Translations under genes and position numbers: made by a program
The notes under the pieces: generated by a model
What the model was told of the DNA's origin: nothing
The model's database searches: none
What the model saw: the letters and a program-made list of their open reading frames with translations, nothing else
Origin: a virus
Virus record (IMG/VR): IMGVR_UViG_3300032236_001259
Span: 6,940-70,939 of that record
DNA length: 64,000 nt
Direction: 5' to 3' (one strand)
Shown: positions 9,368-18,496 of the stretch, piece by piece
Position numbering within the stretch: the first letter of the stretch is position 1
Layout: the number at the start of each line of letters is the position of its first letter

Positions 9368-11997
9368 TTATTCCGCTGATAGTTCCCAGATATCCATATC
9401 ATCCAACAAGGGCTCAGATAAATTTAAATGATCTACAATAAATGCTCCCAGTTTAATTTGTGTTTCTTCTTCTCTTAGATCAGGATTCCCAATTTTCCTA
9501 ACGATGTCTTTAGTTTCCAAACCTAGTACTCTTCGGCAAAATTTAATATCCTGTCCCAGATAAAACTTTTTTACTTCACCGCTTTGTTTGGTGTATTCTA
9601 AATTCCATTTAAACTCTGAGAAGTCACCATGATTGATTTCATTAAATGTTACTTTTACTTTCATTTTATTGTTTTTATTTGTTAAAGTATTTTATTAAAG
9701 AATTTCTTAAAGAAACAAAGACAACGGCAATACCTACCATAATCATTGCAGCTATTCCAATTGGGGGTATTAGAAGCGTAACTCTAGTTACTTTAATTAA
9801 CTTATTATACTTAATATCTGATTTTTCAAAAATGATTTCATTGAAAGAAAATGCAAAGATAAAGTTTACAATTACAAAAAGAATTATACTAATGATAATC
9901 CATGATAATGATAACATATACTATTTGTTTTTTGATTGGTTAATAATATCGTTTGGTTCATCCTTCAGTTCTTTAATGTGTAAAAACACAATACCCAATA
10001 AAGATAATAGTCCACATAATGCGGTCTTCCATAGTAAGGAATATTTAATATTCAATACTAAATGTATTACTGCTATTATGACGGCTTCTATAAAACTGTA
10101 GGCTAGAATTAGCAACGTGCAGATAAGAGAAATAACAAAGAGAATAATTAGTATTGCCCTAAGTGTTGATAAAAAATTTCTCATGGTGTGGTATTTTTAG
10201 GATGAACAAAACCCGTCTTATCATAAAGCTCAGCTAGCTTTAGATAAAAATAAGAATTCATAATATCTTGATATTCCGATTCGGGTGATACGCTCTTTAT
10301 TTTATCAATAATAGCATGCGCTTCCTTTTGTAGATCTTCGGCGATCAACGTTACATTTTGATTCATATATTTCTAATTTAAGTTTTTGTTTCTTTCCACA
10401 TTTGAAATATCTCCTCGGAAGTTTTTACGTTTTCGATAGAAGAATTATATTCCTCTCTGAAATAAAATTGAGCAAAGTCAATCATGTCCTCTTTGGTGTA
10501 GGATTTTGGGTCTTCCGATTTTTCTTTGAACAGACCGTAATCACGAAGGTGTATTGGTAATTCAAATCCCATAACTTTTTTTTAACTGTTATTCTAAATT
10601 TCTTTTAGCAAAAGCATGTCCATCCATAAAAGCTTCTGCAAGTTTATTATCAATATAAGATTTTATCATCCAGTAGCTTGCTAGATAACCAATGATCGCT
10701 ACCCAATATAAAATTATATATAGAGTAGTTGAATGTTCTTGTTTCATTGCGGACATAAATAAAATAATAGTTGTAAGTATTGATACAACTATTCCTAATA
10801 CTATTTTCATAATTTACTGATTAGATATTTAATAAATTTGATTCTTTCTTGTTTTCCTTTGTTGTCCATAGTCCACCAATAAGAGTATCCTTTATAAGCC
10901 TTGGACCAATAGAACTTAGAAAATATCGTAGGCTTATTGCTTTGAAAGTACTTACTAGCATCTTTGTATTGCTCTTTGGTTATTTCTGATTCAGAGAAAA
11001 GATACTTTAAAGTCATGCAGATGGATAGACTTAAATGAATCTGATCGTTTTCTATTCTATGAAGAACTTCTTCAAATATTTCTTTTCTGGTCATGTGTTT
11101 TTATTTTATTTAAAATGTCCGTTATCTCTTTGTAGTTTCCCATTGCTACAATGGGAGGCTTTAATTTATTGAAATGTCTATGACATATCATATCATAGTT
11201 CTTTGTTAAATAGTATTTCTTATTAAGAGTATCGGATAAATACAGAATAGGTTTTATACAGTACTTACAATTCTCCATATTGTTTTAAGGTTTTTGATTA
11301 ATAATATCTTTTGCTTGATCTAATGTCATTTCACTTTGTAAAAAGTCTCGACATGCTTTTAGAAGCTCAACTGAACTTTCATCAGACAGAACCACGTCTG
11401 AGTCAATCCATTTTGATATGACAGCGGTGATCTTTATTTTTACCATTTGCATGGTAGTACTTTCATCTTCTTTCATTATTAATTCTAGAAGTTGTAGTGC
11501 AGCTTCTCTTTGAACTAATGCTGTTTTAAGATCATCTAGTGATTCGATACTCATTTTTTTATGTTTTTGTTGTTAAGAATTTTTATTAAATCCCATTTAT
11601 TTATTGATCGAAGATACATTTCTTCTGACCAATCGAAAGAAGGGGTTTCTTTAAACCTGAGATAGCTTACAGCATCTCTTATATTATTATCATCCGACAA
11701 TAGAACTACCAATCCCTCCATTTTTTTAAATTCAAATCTATTAAAACATATACCAGGTTCTACAGTTCCATCTTGAAATTCTATGTTGCATAGAAATCCA
11801 CCGTCACGTAGGGCGGAAGATAATGCTTCACCGTTAGCGTTACAAATATCGTATCCGTGTCTTTTTTCAGCTTCTCCGTGTAAATAAAAGTAAGGGGCTC
11901 TATATCCCTTTATGACAGCATGATCTGAATTAATTGGGACAGCGTAAAATGTACTTTCTGAAAACATGATTTTTAAATTTAAAGTTTTACATTCCAA
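9368..11997 (-). other. Run of small early hypothetical genes, several with TM segments (9368-9664, 9675-9917, 9921-10184, 10181-10366, 10378-10572, 10589-10810, 10807-11094, 11072-11278, 11285-11554, 11551-11997)
   Basis: Tightly packed co-directional ORFs without recognisable motifs. Confidence 0.55.
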
Positions 11998-12497
11998 ATT
12001 TCAATTGGTAGATATTTTCTACAGATGTCTGCTGTTAGTTTTAAGTTTGCTTCATAAGCAATATCATCAGCAGCACCAGCAGCATAAGCAGCAGCATAAG
12101 CAGCATTAGCAGCAGCGTAACCATCAAAAGTATCAGCACCAGCAGCCCAAGCAGCAGCACCAGCATAATAATCAGCATGAGCAACAGCACGAGCAGCATC
12201 AAGAGCCTCCTTAGCAACAGCATCCAATTCTTCTATAGTAATCTTACCCTCTCCAAATGCGATAGCAGCATCAACAGCTTTTAAACTTCTTTCATCTGTC
12301 ATTAGATGTCTAACAGTATTAGCGCAATGACCCTTAGCTAATTTTAGAAGTTGCAAATCGCCTTTATTAGTTTTTGCAAATAACCATAATAACCAGTCAC
12401 CTCTATTACAAGTAGAGTAGTTTTCTTCCCATGACTTGTCAGCTGCCCAGTCTGTTGCTTCTTTGCAAGCACCTAGTTTGATTAGTAGTTCTTTCAT
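11979..12497 (-). CDS. Ala-rich paralogue 4
   Basis: Start at MKELLIK (12497); conserved arms as in paralogues 1-3. Confidence 0.75.
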   Translation of the reverse strand: MKELLIKLGACKEATDWAADKSWEENYSTCNRGDWLLWLFAKTNKGDLQLLKLAKGHCANTVRHLMTDERSLKAVDAAIAFGEGKITIEELDAVAKEALDAARAVAHADYYAGAAAWAAGADTFDGYAAANAAYAAAYAAGAADDIAYEANLKLTADICRKYLPIEIWNVKL

Positions 12498-12671
12498 AAC
12501 TTTTATTTCTTTTAATAACTGATTCGTTTTCCTACATAACATCCTTTACGGTGTTCTTTGTATTTGAATCCATAAACGCTTTTACTGTACTCACTCATGC
12601 AAGAACCAAACATTACACATACGATTGACAATAATAGTAACTTTTTCATTTGATTTTTATTTAGATATTAA

Positions 12672-12998
12672 TTAATCAGTTGTTACATTTTTGATTACGC
12701 TATCCCATAACTCTGCCTTAGCAGCATTCAGTTGAGAGTCTGTAGACAATTTTGTTACATAGACACCCTCGTTGTATCCAATATCAAAACCGACGGTGTA
12801 ACCTTCCTGCCTAATACAATCACTGTAAATACAGATACTCTGATACGTAAATAAAAATCCCATCAAAGAGATAAAAGAAAGAAATATAAGTTTCTCTTTA
12901 GTATATTCAGTAAAGAAAAGAATATAAACTATAGTAGCGATAGTAACTACTAGATAAAAGAAACTTAAGAATAAATAAACATACTTTTTCATAATCAT
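12672..12998 (-). CDS. Membrane protein
   Basis: Two N-terminal hydrophobic helices. Confidence 0.55.
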   Translation of the reverse strand: MIMKKYVYLFLSFFYLVVTIATIVYILFFTEYTKEKLIFLSFISLMGFLFTYQSICIYSDCIRQEGYTVGFDIGYNEGVYVTKLSTDSQLNAAKAELWDSVIKNVTTD

Positions 12999-13014
12999 TA
13001 ATTTTTATATTAAG

Positions 13015-13102
13015 TAGTCAGGACAGGATTTGAACCTGTATATATCGTTCCTCTTTTCTGTGTTTTCTTGAGACGATAGCCGTACCATTCCGCCACCTGA
13101 CT
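13015..13102 (-). ncRNA. tRNA-like element (pseudo-tRNA with Leu-like D region)
   Basis: Acceptor AGTCAGG/CCTGACT; T arm ACAGG-TTCAAAT-CCTGT; TGGCGGAATGGTA D region; non-canonical central stem TATCGT/ACGATA. Confidence 0.7.
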
Positions 13103-13250
13103 GTTGTTTAGTCTTTCCAAGTAATAATCATCTTGTCAGGAGATTTTTCCAACATTTCCATAGGATTGTTCCACACCATTTTAATACTAGGTGATGTAAG
13201 TTCTCCATTTGGACATTGAACTACTAATGGTAGTTTTCTCTTGTCTTCGC

Positions 13251-13577
13251 TTATCCTTTGAAGTTCTTTAATCGGTTATAGAACATTTCAACAAATTCAG
13301 ATGCTTCTCTTTCGTCGTGTCCAAGAATTATAGATGATTCTCTAGTATAATCTTTTAAATCTTGCACTAAATTAATCATATGCTCTTTTTCTATTTCAGC
13401 TTGCCATTTAGAAAATTCAATTAACATTTCTGTAGCATCTTCAGTATCTATTTTACCTGTGTTGCCCAATTCATATTCTGAGATAATTTTTTCAGCAGCA
13501 GCACGGTGAATAACTTTAACAGCTGCGCTAGCATTATCGGTAGCGGCAGAGCTCAAACCAATCAACGATTTGTTCAT
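13251..13577 (-). CDS. Hypothetical protein
   Basis: 108-aa ORF. Confidence 0.55.
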   Translation of the reverse strand: MNKSLIGLSSAATDNASAAVKVIHRAAAEKIISEYELGNTGKIDTEDATEMLIEFSKWQAEIEKEHMINLVQDLKDYTRESSIILGHDEREASEFVEMFYNRLKNFKG

Positions 13578-13634
13578 AACTAAAATAATTTAAAGATTAA
13601 TATTAATAAAGAAGAAATATAAAAGAAGAAACAA

Positions 13635-13913
13635 TCATAAAGAAGAATTATTATTAGAATCACTATCAGAATTATTCAAAAGATCATTAGCAGTATCAAG
13701 AGCAATAAAGCTTTCCATAAATACATTACAAGCATCTAGCATATCCGCCATCGGTTCATCTACATAAGGTGCTATATAATTATCTTCATTCCATTTATGA
13801 ACACACATTATGATTCTCTTCTGAATCTCTTCAAGAGGAATATCGGAATCCTCTCTGATTATAAGTTCTAATAAACCAATAGCAAGTACTCTTTGGATTT
13901 CAATAATAGACAT
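13635..13913 (-). CDS. Hypothetical protein, paralogue of 11285-11554
   Basis: Shared QR..A..LLELI..ED / KW / L.AC..F..S pattern. Confidence 0.6.
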   Translation of the reverse strand: MSIIEIQRVLAIGLLELIIREDSDIPLEEIQKRIIMCVHKWNEDNYIAPYVDEPMADMLDACNVFMESFIALDTANDLLNNSDSDSNNNSSL

Positions 13914-14122
13914 GTTATATTGTTTTAAAGTGTGGTAAAGAAATATAAGAAAGTATATAAAGAACGTGTTTATGTATCCGTGGTGTAATAAGGGCAGCGT
14001 GGTAAAATGTGGTAAATTGTGGAATATAATGTCTGTTTGTAATAGAATGTGGTGGAGGCGAAACGAGCAACGAAGTTGCGAGTTGAGACGCTAATCTGCG
14101 TTTTACGTTCATCTTTCACAAA

Positions 14123-14138
14123 CGTTTCACGTGGAACA
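14123..14138. promoter_or_regulatory. parS-like site
   Basis: CGTTTCACGTGGAACA, one mismatch from TGTTTCACGTGGAACA. Confidence 0.6.
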
Positions 14139-14296
14139 ATTATATAATTTATATTCACAAACTATTCGTCGATAAAATTTGTTCGTTCGTCGATAAATAC
14201 GAACCGTTTTTTAATAACAAAATAGATTTTTTCAGAAACACACAGGAATGTTTGGACCGTTCTCAAACGATACAAAAACATCATAAAAACACATTT

Positions 14297-14312
14297 TGTT
14301 TAACGTGAAACT
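14297..14312. promoter_or_regulatory. Second parS-like site
   Basis: TGTTTAACGTGAAACT, two mismatches from TGTTTCACGTGAAACA. Confidence 0.45.
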
Positions 14313-14347
14313 AAAAAAGCCCGGGAATTTTGATTTATCGTTAAACA

Positions 14348-14377
14348 AAAAGCCCCGAAGTAGACACTTCAGGGCTA
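14348..14377 (-). terminator. Intrinsic terminator ending the ncRNA transcript
   Basis: AGCCCTGAAG-TGTCTA-CTTCGGGGCT-TTTT on the minus strand. Confidence 0.7.
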
Positions 14378-14400
14378 ACAATTGCTAATCCCAAAACTAG

Positions 14401-14488
14401 CAGGGAAAGCGGGATTCGAACCCGCTACCCGTTTTATATCAGTGGAGCATACCAATATATCACAAACCTCTCCTTTAGAGTTTTCCCT
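14401..14488 (-). ncRNA. tRNA-like element
   Basis: Acceptor AGGGAAA/TTTCCCT; T arm GCGGG-TTCGAAT-CCCGC; D-like CTCT-AAAGG-AGAG; elongated non-canonical anticodon arm. Confidence 0.7.
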
Positions 14489-14489
14489 T

Positions 14490-15215
14490 ACCACCCATAT
14501 TAAAAAACACTGAATAGTAAAATGTAATCATGGCAACAGTAAGTTTATTTTTAAGGTTCATCAATTCACTATCTATGGATATTATAGCAAAGCTCTCCCT
14601 TATTTATCCTTCTTACGGGAATTAACCGGTATAGCCATTTGTCCGGTTGTGTATTTGATTACATTTACATCTCTATTATTATTGCGTACATATCAGCGGA
14701 GACGTACCCGCTTAACACATTCTACATTATAGGCAGAACCCAGTCTGGTCCTATTAGAGGTAGGAAGATTTATCGCTTTACTGCTTTGCCGACTTAAAGC
14801 GTGACAAGTTACTACGGCTTTTAGAGCATCTCGCTACCACGCGAGACTCTGCAGTTTATTCCTCTGACTCTACGAATTGCTACGAAGGCTGAGACAATAT
14901 GATACTTCAAAGGACTCATTCGGATATACTAAGGCTTTGGCTTTGCTGTTGTCAGCATTACCCACACAATACCTGCCTGTTCTTCCGAGACAAATCTTCT
15001 TTTGCCCTTATACCTCTCATACCATGAAGGCACATCAAGCTCTATCCGTGAACAGTTGACGGCTACTAACAGACCCGTTATCTGGGTGTAACTTAATACA
15101 CCCCCTCACGTCCGGCTTATCGGACATCCACGCACTTGGCTGGTTTCACTTACACTCAAAGAACTGGGATGAATAACAGCAATACACGCTTATGTGTACG
15201 TCTGTAACTTATTCG
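14490..15215 (-). ncRNA. Candidate large structured ncRNA (~725 nt)
   Basis: No credible ORF, raised GC, many local and long-range helices, flanked by tRNA-like elements. Confidence 0.55.
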
Positions 15216-15262
15216 TTCTTAGCCCACGACTCGAACGTGGCGTGTCCCATCTGATGCTAAGA
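15216..15262 (-). ncRNA. Minimal tRNA-like element (acceptor stem plus T arm)
   Basis: TCTTAGC-[15 nt containing GG]-CCACG-TTCGAGT-CGTGG-GCTAAGA. Confidence 0.6.
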
Positions 15263-15294
15263 TTTGAAATATGGATACGGCGGCGGGTTAATAA

Positions 15295-15852
15295 TTAATT
15301 GTTTAATAACGCTTTTGCTTTCTTCTGCTCTATGCGGCGAACCTTCGCAGCCTCCGCGTTGAGAGCAATACGAGCCTCTAACTGCTCATTGAATACACTT
15401 GATTTTGCGTCCTCTCTAACGAAGCGTGAAGCATATCTAACATTTCTCAACTGTGCTTTAGCCTGTGCAGCTATCTGTTCAGTAGTGAATGCTGTTTGAT
15501 CTTTGAACACGCCGTTCTTATCAGTCGACTTCATAAACTCCAATGCTGCATCCTTATCAGACATAGCAAAGTTTGACATGATGGTTTCACGTATGATACC
15601 AAAATCCAATCGGAAGTTAAGAAAGTCCTGTGAACATAACTTCTTTGCCAATGCTGTTGGTAATTCAAAATCCCCGATGGTTACCTTTGGTGCATCATAC
15701 TGTGAATTCATTACACCGAATGCGAAATGTAAAACTACACCGATTGCTCTCTTTAACGTTTCACCTTCAAACGTTTCTTCTATCGGTTTAATGAATATCG
15801 CTTTCTTACTAGATGAAAAATCATTCTCAATCTTAATAGATACTGTTTTCAT
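15295..15852 (-). CDS. Hypothetical protein with basic helical C-terminus
   Basis: 185-aa ORF between the triple promoter and the ncRNA cluster. Confidence 0.65.
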   Translation of the reverse strand: MKTVSIKIENDFSSSKKAIFIKPIEETFEGETLKRAIGVVLHFAFGVMNSQYDAPKVTIGDFELPTALAKKLCSQDFLNFRLDFGIIRETIMSNFAMSDKDAALEFMKSTDKNGVFKDQTAFTTEQIAAQAKAQLRNVRYASRFVREDAKSSVFNEQLEARIALNAEAAKVRRIEQKKAKALLNN

Positions 15853-15917
15853 AACTTTAAATGGTTGTTATGCCACCGTATGCCATATTTCAAAGAACTT
15901 ATCTATACTCATGTGTT

Positions 15918-16156
15918 GTTAGGGCTTATCCTAACCGCACAACAAAGATAAAGGTACATTCTGTTAACGTGGTGTTAATTTCATTCTCACTGTTAGGGCT
16001 TATCCTAACCGCAAAACAAAGATAAGGGTACATTCTGTTAACACTATGTTAAAACCTAAAAAGAACTAAATGTTAAACAAAGGTTAAAATTTGGTAGGGG
16101 GCTTATCCCCGACCGCAAAACAAAGATAAGGGTACATTTTGTTAATAAAAAGTTAA
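15918..16156 (-). repeat. Three ~50-bp repeats, each with a Bacteroidota -7 promoter and an ATAAGC-loop hairpin
   Basis: Units at 15918, 15992 and 16097; CAAAGATA (=TATCTTTG) at 15943, 16017 and 16121. Confidence 0.8.
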
Positions 16157-16258
16157 GACTTTTTGTACCTACGAAAACCGTCGTAGGCTGGGGATAGCGC
16201 AGCTTACTCTTCCTATCGCGCCCCATTTTACAGCCATCCTCAATATATACATATATAC

Positions 16259-16330
16259 GCCCCCCGCTACGCTCCCCCACATATTCGCTCCCATACTCGC
16301 CTCCCCATACTCACCCCATACTCACCCACT
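16259..16330. repeat. C-rich low-complexity tract with CCCATACTC repeats
   Basis: CCCATACTC at 16290, 16304 and 16315 plus degenerate copies. Confidence 0.7.
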
Positions 16331-16512
16331 ACAAAGCCACACCGTGCCCCCACATTGCGATCCCCGTTTCACCTACACACTTTTTTACCTTTAAAAAGCA
16401 CAACCCCCCTATAAAAAATTTCCAAAAATTTTACGCCCCTATTGGAATATTTATAATAAATCGGTGTATACAGATCGAATTTTATATAATACAAATTATT
16501 AAAATACAGACA

Positions 16513-16881
16513 TTGAGTGATCTTTTAAGCATAGATTGGTACTATCAGTCGCCTATTGACTTGGAGCATAAACAATATGTACTATTAGGGTATTTACAGA
16601 AAGTGGACAAATCTTTCATGGAGAAGAAGCTATCTCCACATCTGATGCATCTGCATAAGATAATCTACGAGCTTAATAAGTTTGAATCTGATATTAGCTC
16701 CTTCGTAAGAGCCCTGGAAAAGAACAGATATATTCATTTCACGGATCACTCTTTAAAAGGAATCGACAACAGCCATATAGAAACTATACGGTCTGTCGTC
16801 GATTTTAGTGTTCCTCAATTGAAAACTAGGATGGACCTAGGTTATAATATCCTTACTAAGAACAATCAGTTTTTGTACTGA
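16513..16881 (+). CDS. Hypothetical protein
   Basis: 122-aa ORF with TTG start; ATATTTATA motif at 16447. Confidence 0.55.
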   Translation: MSDLLSIDWYYQSPIDLEHKQYVLLGYLQKVDKSFMEKKLSPHLMHLHKIIYELNKFESDISSFVRALEKNRYIHFTDHSLKGIDNSHIETIRSVVDFSVPQLKTRMDLGYNILTKNNQFLY

Positions 16882-17285
16882 GCTCTTTTCTTATATTGGC
16901 TAGCTCTTCCCTCTTTTCGTGGTACTCGTCGCCTTGGGTGGCCTTGTGGCCCCTGATGTTGGCTATAGTGATTTCGTATTCTAATTCGCATATGCGCCTA
17001 ACTCTGGGGTCGGTGGACAATATCCACCATGAACTATTACTCATGCTTAGTCTGTTTTATCTCTATCGTTATGCCGGCAGAGCCGGATGATATTCGGTAC
17101 GAATTGTACCGGTTATCGTTAATCCAACCATAGTCTCTAAATCGGAATATAATGGCTAATTTGCCCTCGAAAATGCCATAGATGGCATTATCTGCGTAAT
17201 CTATAGTTGGGTGCGTTATTAGGCCTAATTTCCATGAATTTATGAACTCTTCTTCTAACTCTTCTGGTCTAATAAATATTAACAT
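16856..17285 (-). other. Two small hypothetical genes (16856-17044, 17037-17285)
   Basis: Translationally coupled ORFs downstream of the RNA ligase. Confidence 0.5.
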
Positions 17286-17287
17286 AT

Positions 17288-18433
17288 CTAGTGGCTGTCG
17301 CCCACGTCTTTTTTCTCTGAATAAATACTGTAGTCGGGGTTTATTACCTTGGCTACCTTTGATCTCTCCCCGGTGTGGTGCTTGATCACTATACCCTCTT
17401 CCGGTATCTTGGTGCCTGGGATGAAGTTATTCATCACAAATATGTCCTGTATAAACTGATTCCATTCTCCATAATAGAGTACTTTCACGTAGGGTAACTC
17501 AAGGATAATCTCGATTATAATCTTAGACATCGTAGGTGCTTCGTATTCACCGTTAATTTTAACGTCAAACCCCGCAAACTTAATATCTTTCAAACCATAG
17601 TCGTAGTTTTTTTGAATGCCCGCACCGTATATCTCTCCGTATAGTATTAATCCCTGGCCGATTACGGAAACCGATTCTCTACGGACCGCTTTCCACAGCT
17701 TTTCTTCGATCTTGTATTTGTCGGCTATTTCGTACCACACATTTGTGTCGTAAAACCCCTGTGAGTCCGAGCCCTTCTCTACGTTGTGAGATCCAACCAC
17801 AAATTCGTATTCGCTCCAATACCAAGATTCGGGTAAAAAATTAAACTTCTTGCTCACAAATATTTTTATTCTGTCTAGCAAAGAGACTTTCTTCTTTTTG
17901 ACTATACCGTACCTTGCGTTGGTACCGTGGATCTTACGAGTGATCTCAACCTCGTCCTCTTCGGTAAAAATTCCTGGAACATTCTTTATGTTCGGGAATT
18001 TGTAATAGATATGGAAGTTGGGATTCTCATCGTATCGAACTTTCTTACCTGAAGCTAGCTGAATTTGTTTTGCTGGTGGCTCGTATTTGAACACGCCTAA
18101 TATATTCATCACATCGCTGCCTTCTTTTAGTTTGTTGTTATTGCCGTAACTAAAAGGGATAATCAGACACTCTGAATATACGCCTTTTAATTTTATGGTT
18201 CTAACTCTGTTACCGCTCCTTAAATAATTAGTAACGTCTAGATCTTCTGCTAGCTTTTGAGGTATGACAGCGTCAGTGGTTGCACATATAACTAAGTCTC
18301 CGGCTTGGTAATTACCCTTCTGAGTTATACAGTTCCATCCGTTGATGACTGCGAGTTCTATTTTGTCTGCACCTTCTATTGGTTTTATTTCTTTTATTTC
18401 TGCTACGAAGCAGCAACTGTTTTGATTTTCCAT
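17288..18433 (-). CDS. ATP-dependent RNA ligase, DRB0094/Rnl5 family
   Basis: N-terminal IEGADKIELA OB-like domain; motif I KIHGTN; YGEIYG, FDV, EGIVIK, KVIN. Confidence 0.85.
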   Translation of the reverse strand: MENQNSCCFVAEIKEIKPIEGADKIELAVINGWNCITQKGNYQAGDLVICATTDAVIPQKLAEDLDVTNYLRSGNRVRTIKLKGVYSECLIIPFSYGNNNKLKEGSDVMNILGVFKYEPPAKQIQLASGKKVRYDENPNFHIYYKFPNIKNVPGIFTEEDEVEITRKIHGTNARYGIVKKKKVSLLDRIKIFVSKKFNFLPESWYWSEYEFVVGSHNVEKGSDSQGFYDTNVWYEIADKYKIEEKLWKAVRRESVSVIGQGLILYGEIYGAGIQKNYDYGLKDIKFAGFDVKINGEYEAPTMSKIIIEIILELPYVKVLYYGEWNQFIQDIFVMNNFIPGTKIPEEGIVIKHHTGERSKVAKVINPDYSIYSEKKDVGDSH

Positions 18434-18496
18434 TTTTAAAAGTTTATTCTGATAATATTTGGATTGATGCCGTATTAATCTTTTTTAATTGTTTTT

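Noticed and set aside
13915-14158. ORFs 13915-14112, 13970-14158 and 16056-16280
   Set aside because: They overlap repeats, parS or promoter elements and have atypical composition
13015-14488. Canonical tRNA genes
   Set aside because: No 5-bp stem with 7-nt anticodon loop in the right position; reported as tRNA-like instead
14490-15215. Group I intron, RNase P RNA or tmRNA; also ORF 14877-15059
   Set aside because: I could not find the P7/R-S, GAGGAAAGUCC or tmRNA terminal signatures by eye, and there is no interrupted gene; the short TTG-start ORF looks incidental. A covariance-model search is still needed
15503-15922. Antisense ORFs inside long genes (e.g. 6643-7041, 9646-10101, 15503-15922, 47718-48083)
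   Set aside because: They lie opposite better-supported genes and carry no motifs
15918-16156. CRISPR mini-array
   Set aside because: Only three ~50-bp units with unequal, mutually similar spacers; each unit contains a promoter box; no cas genes in the window
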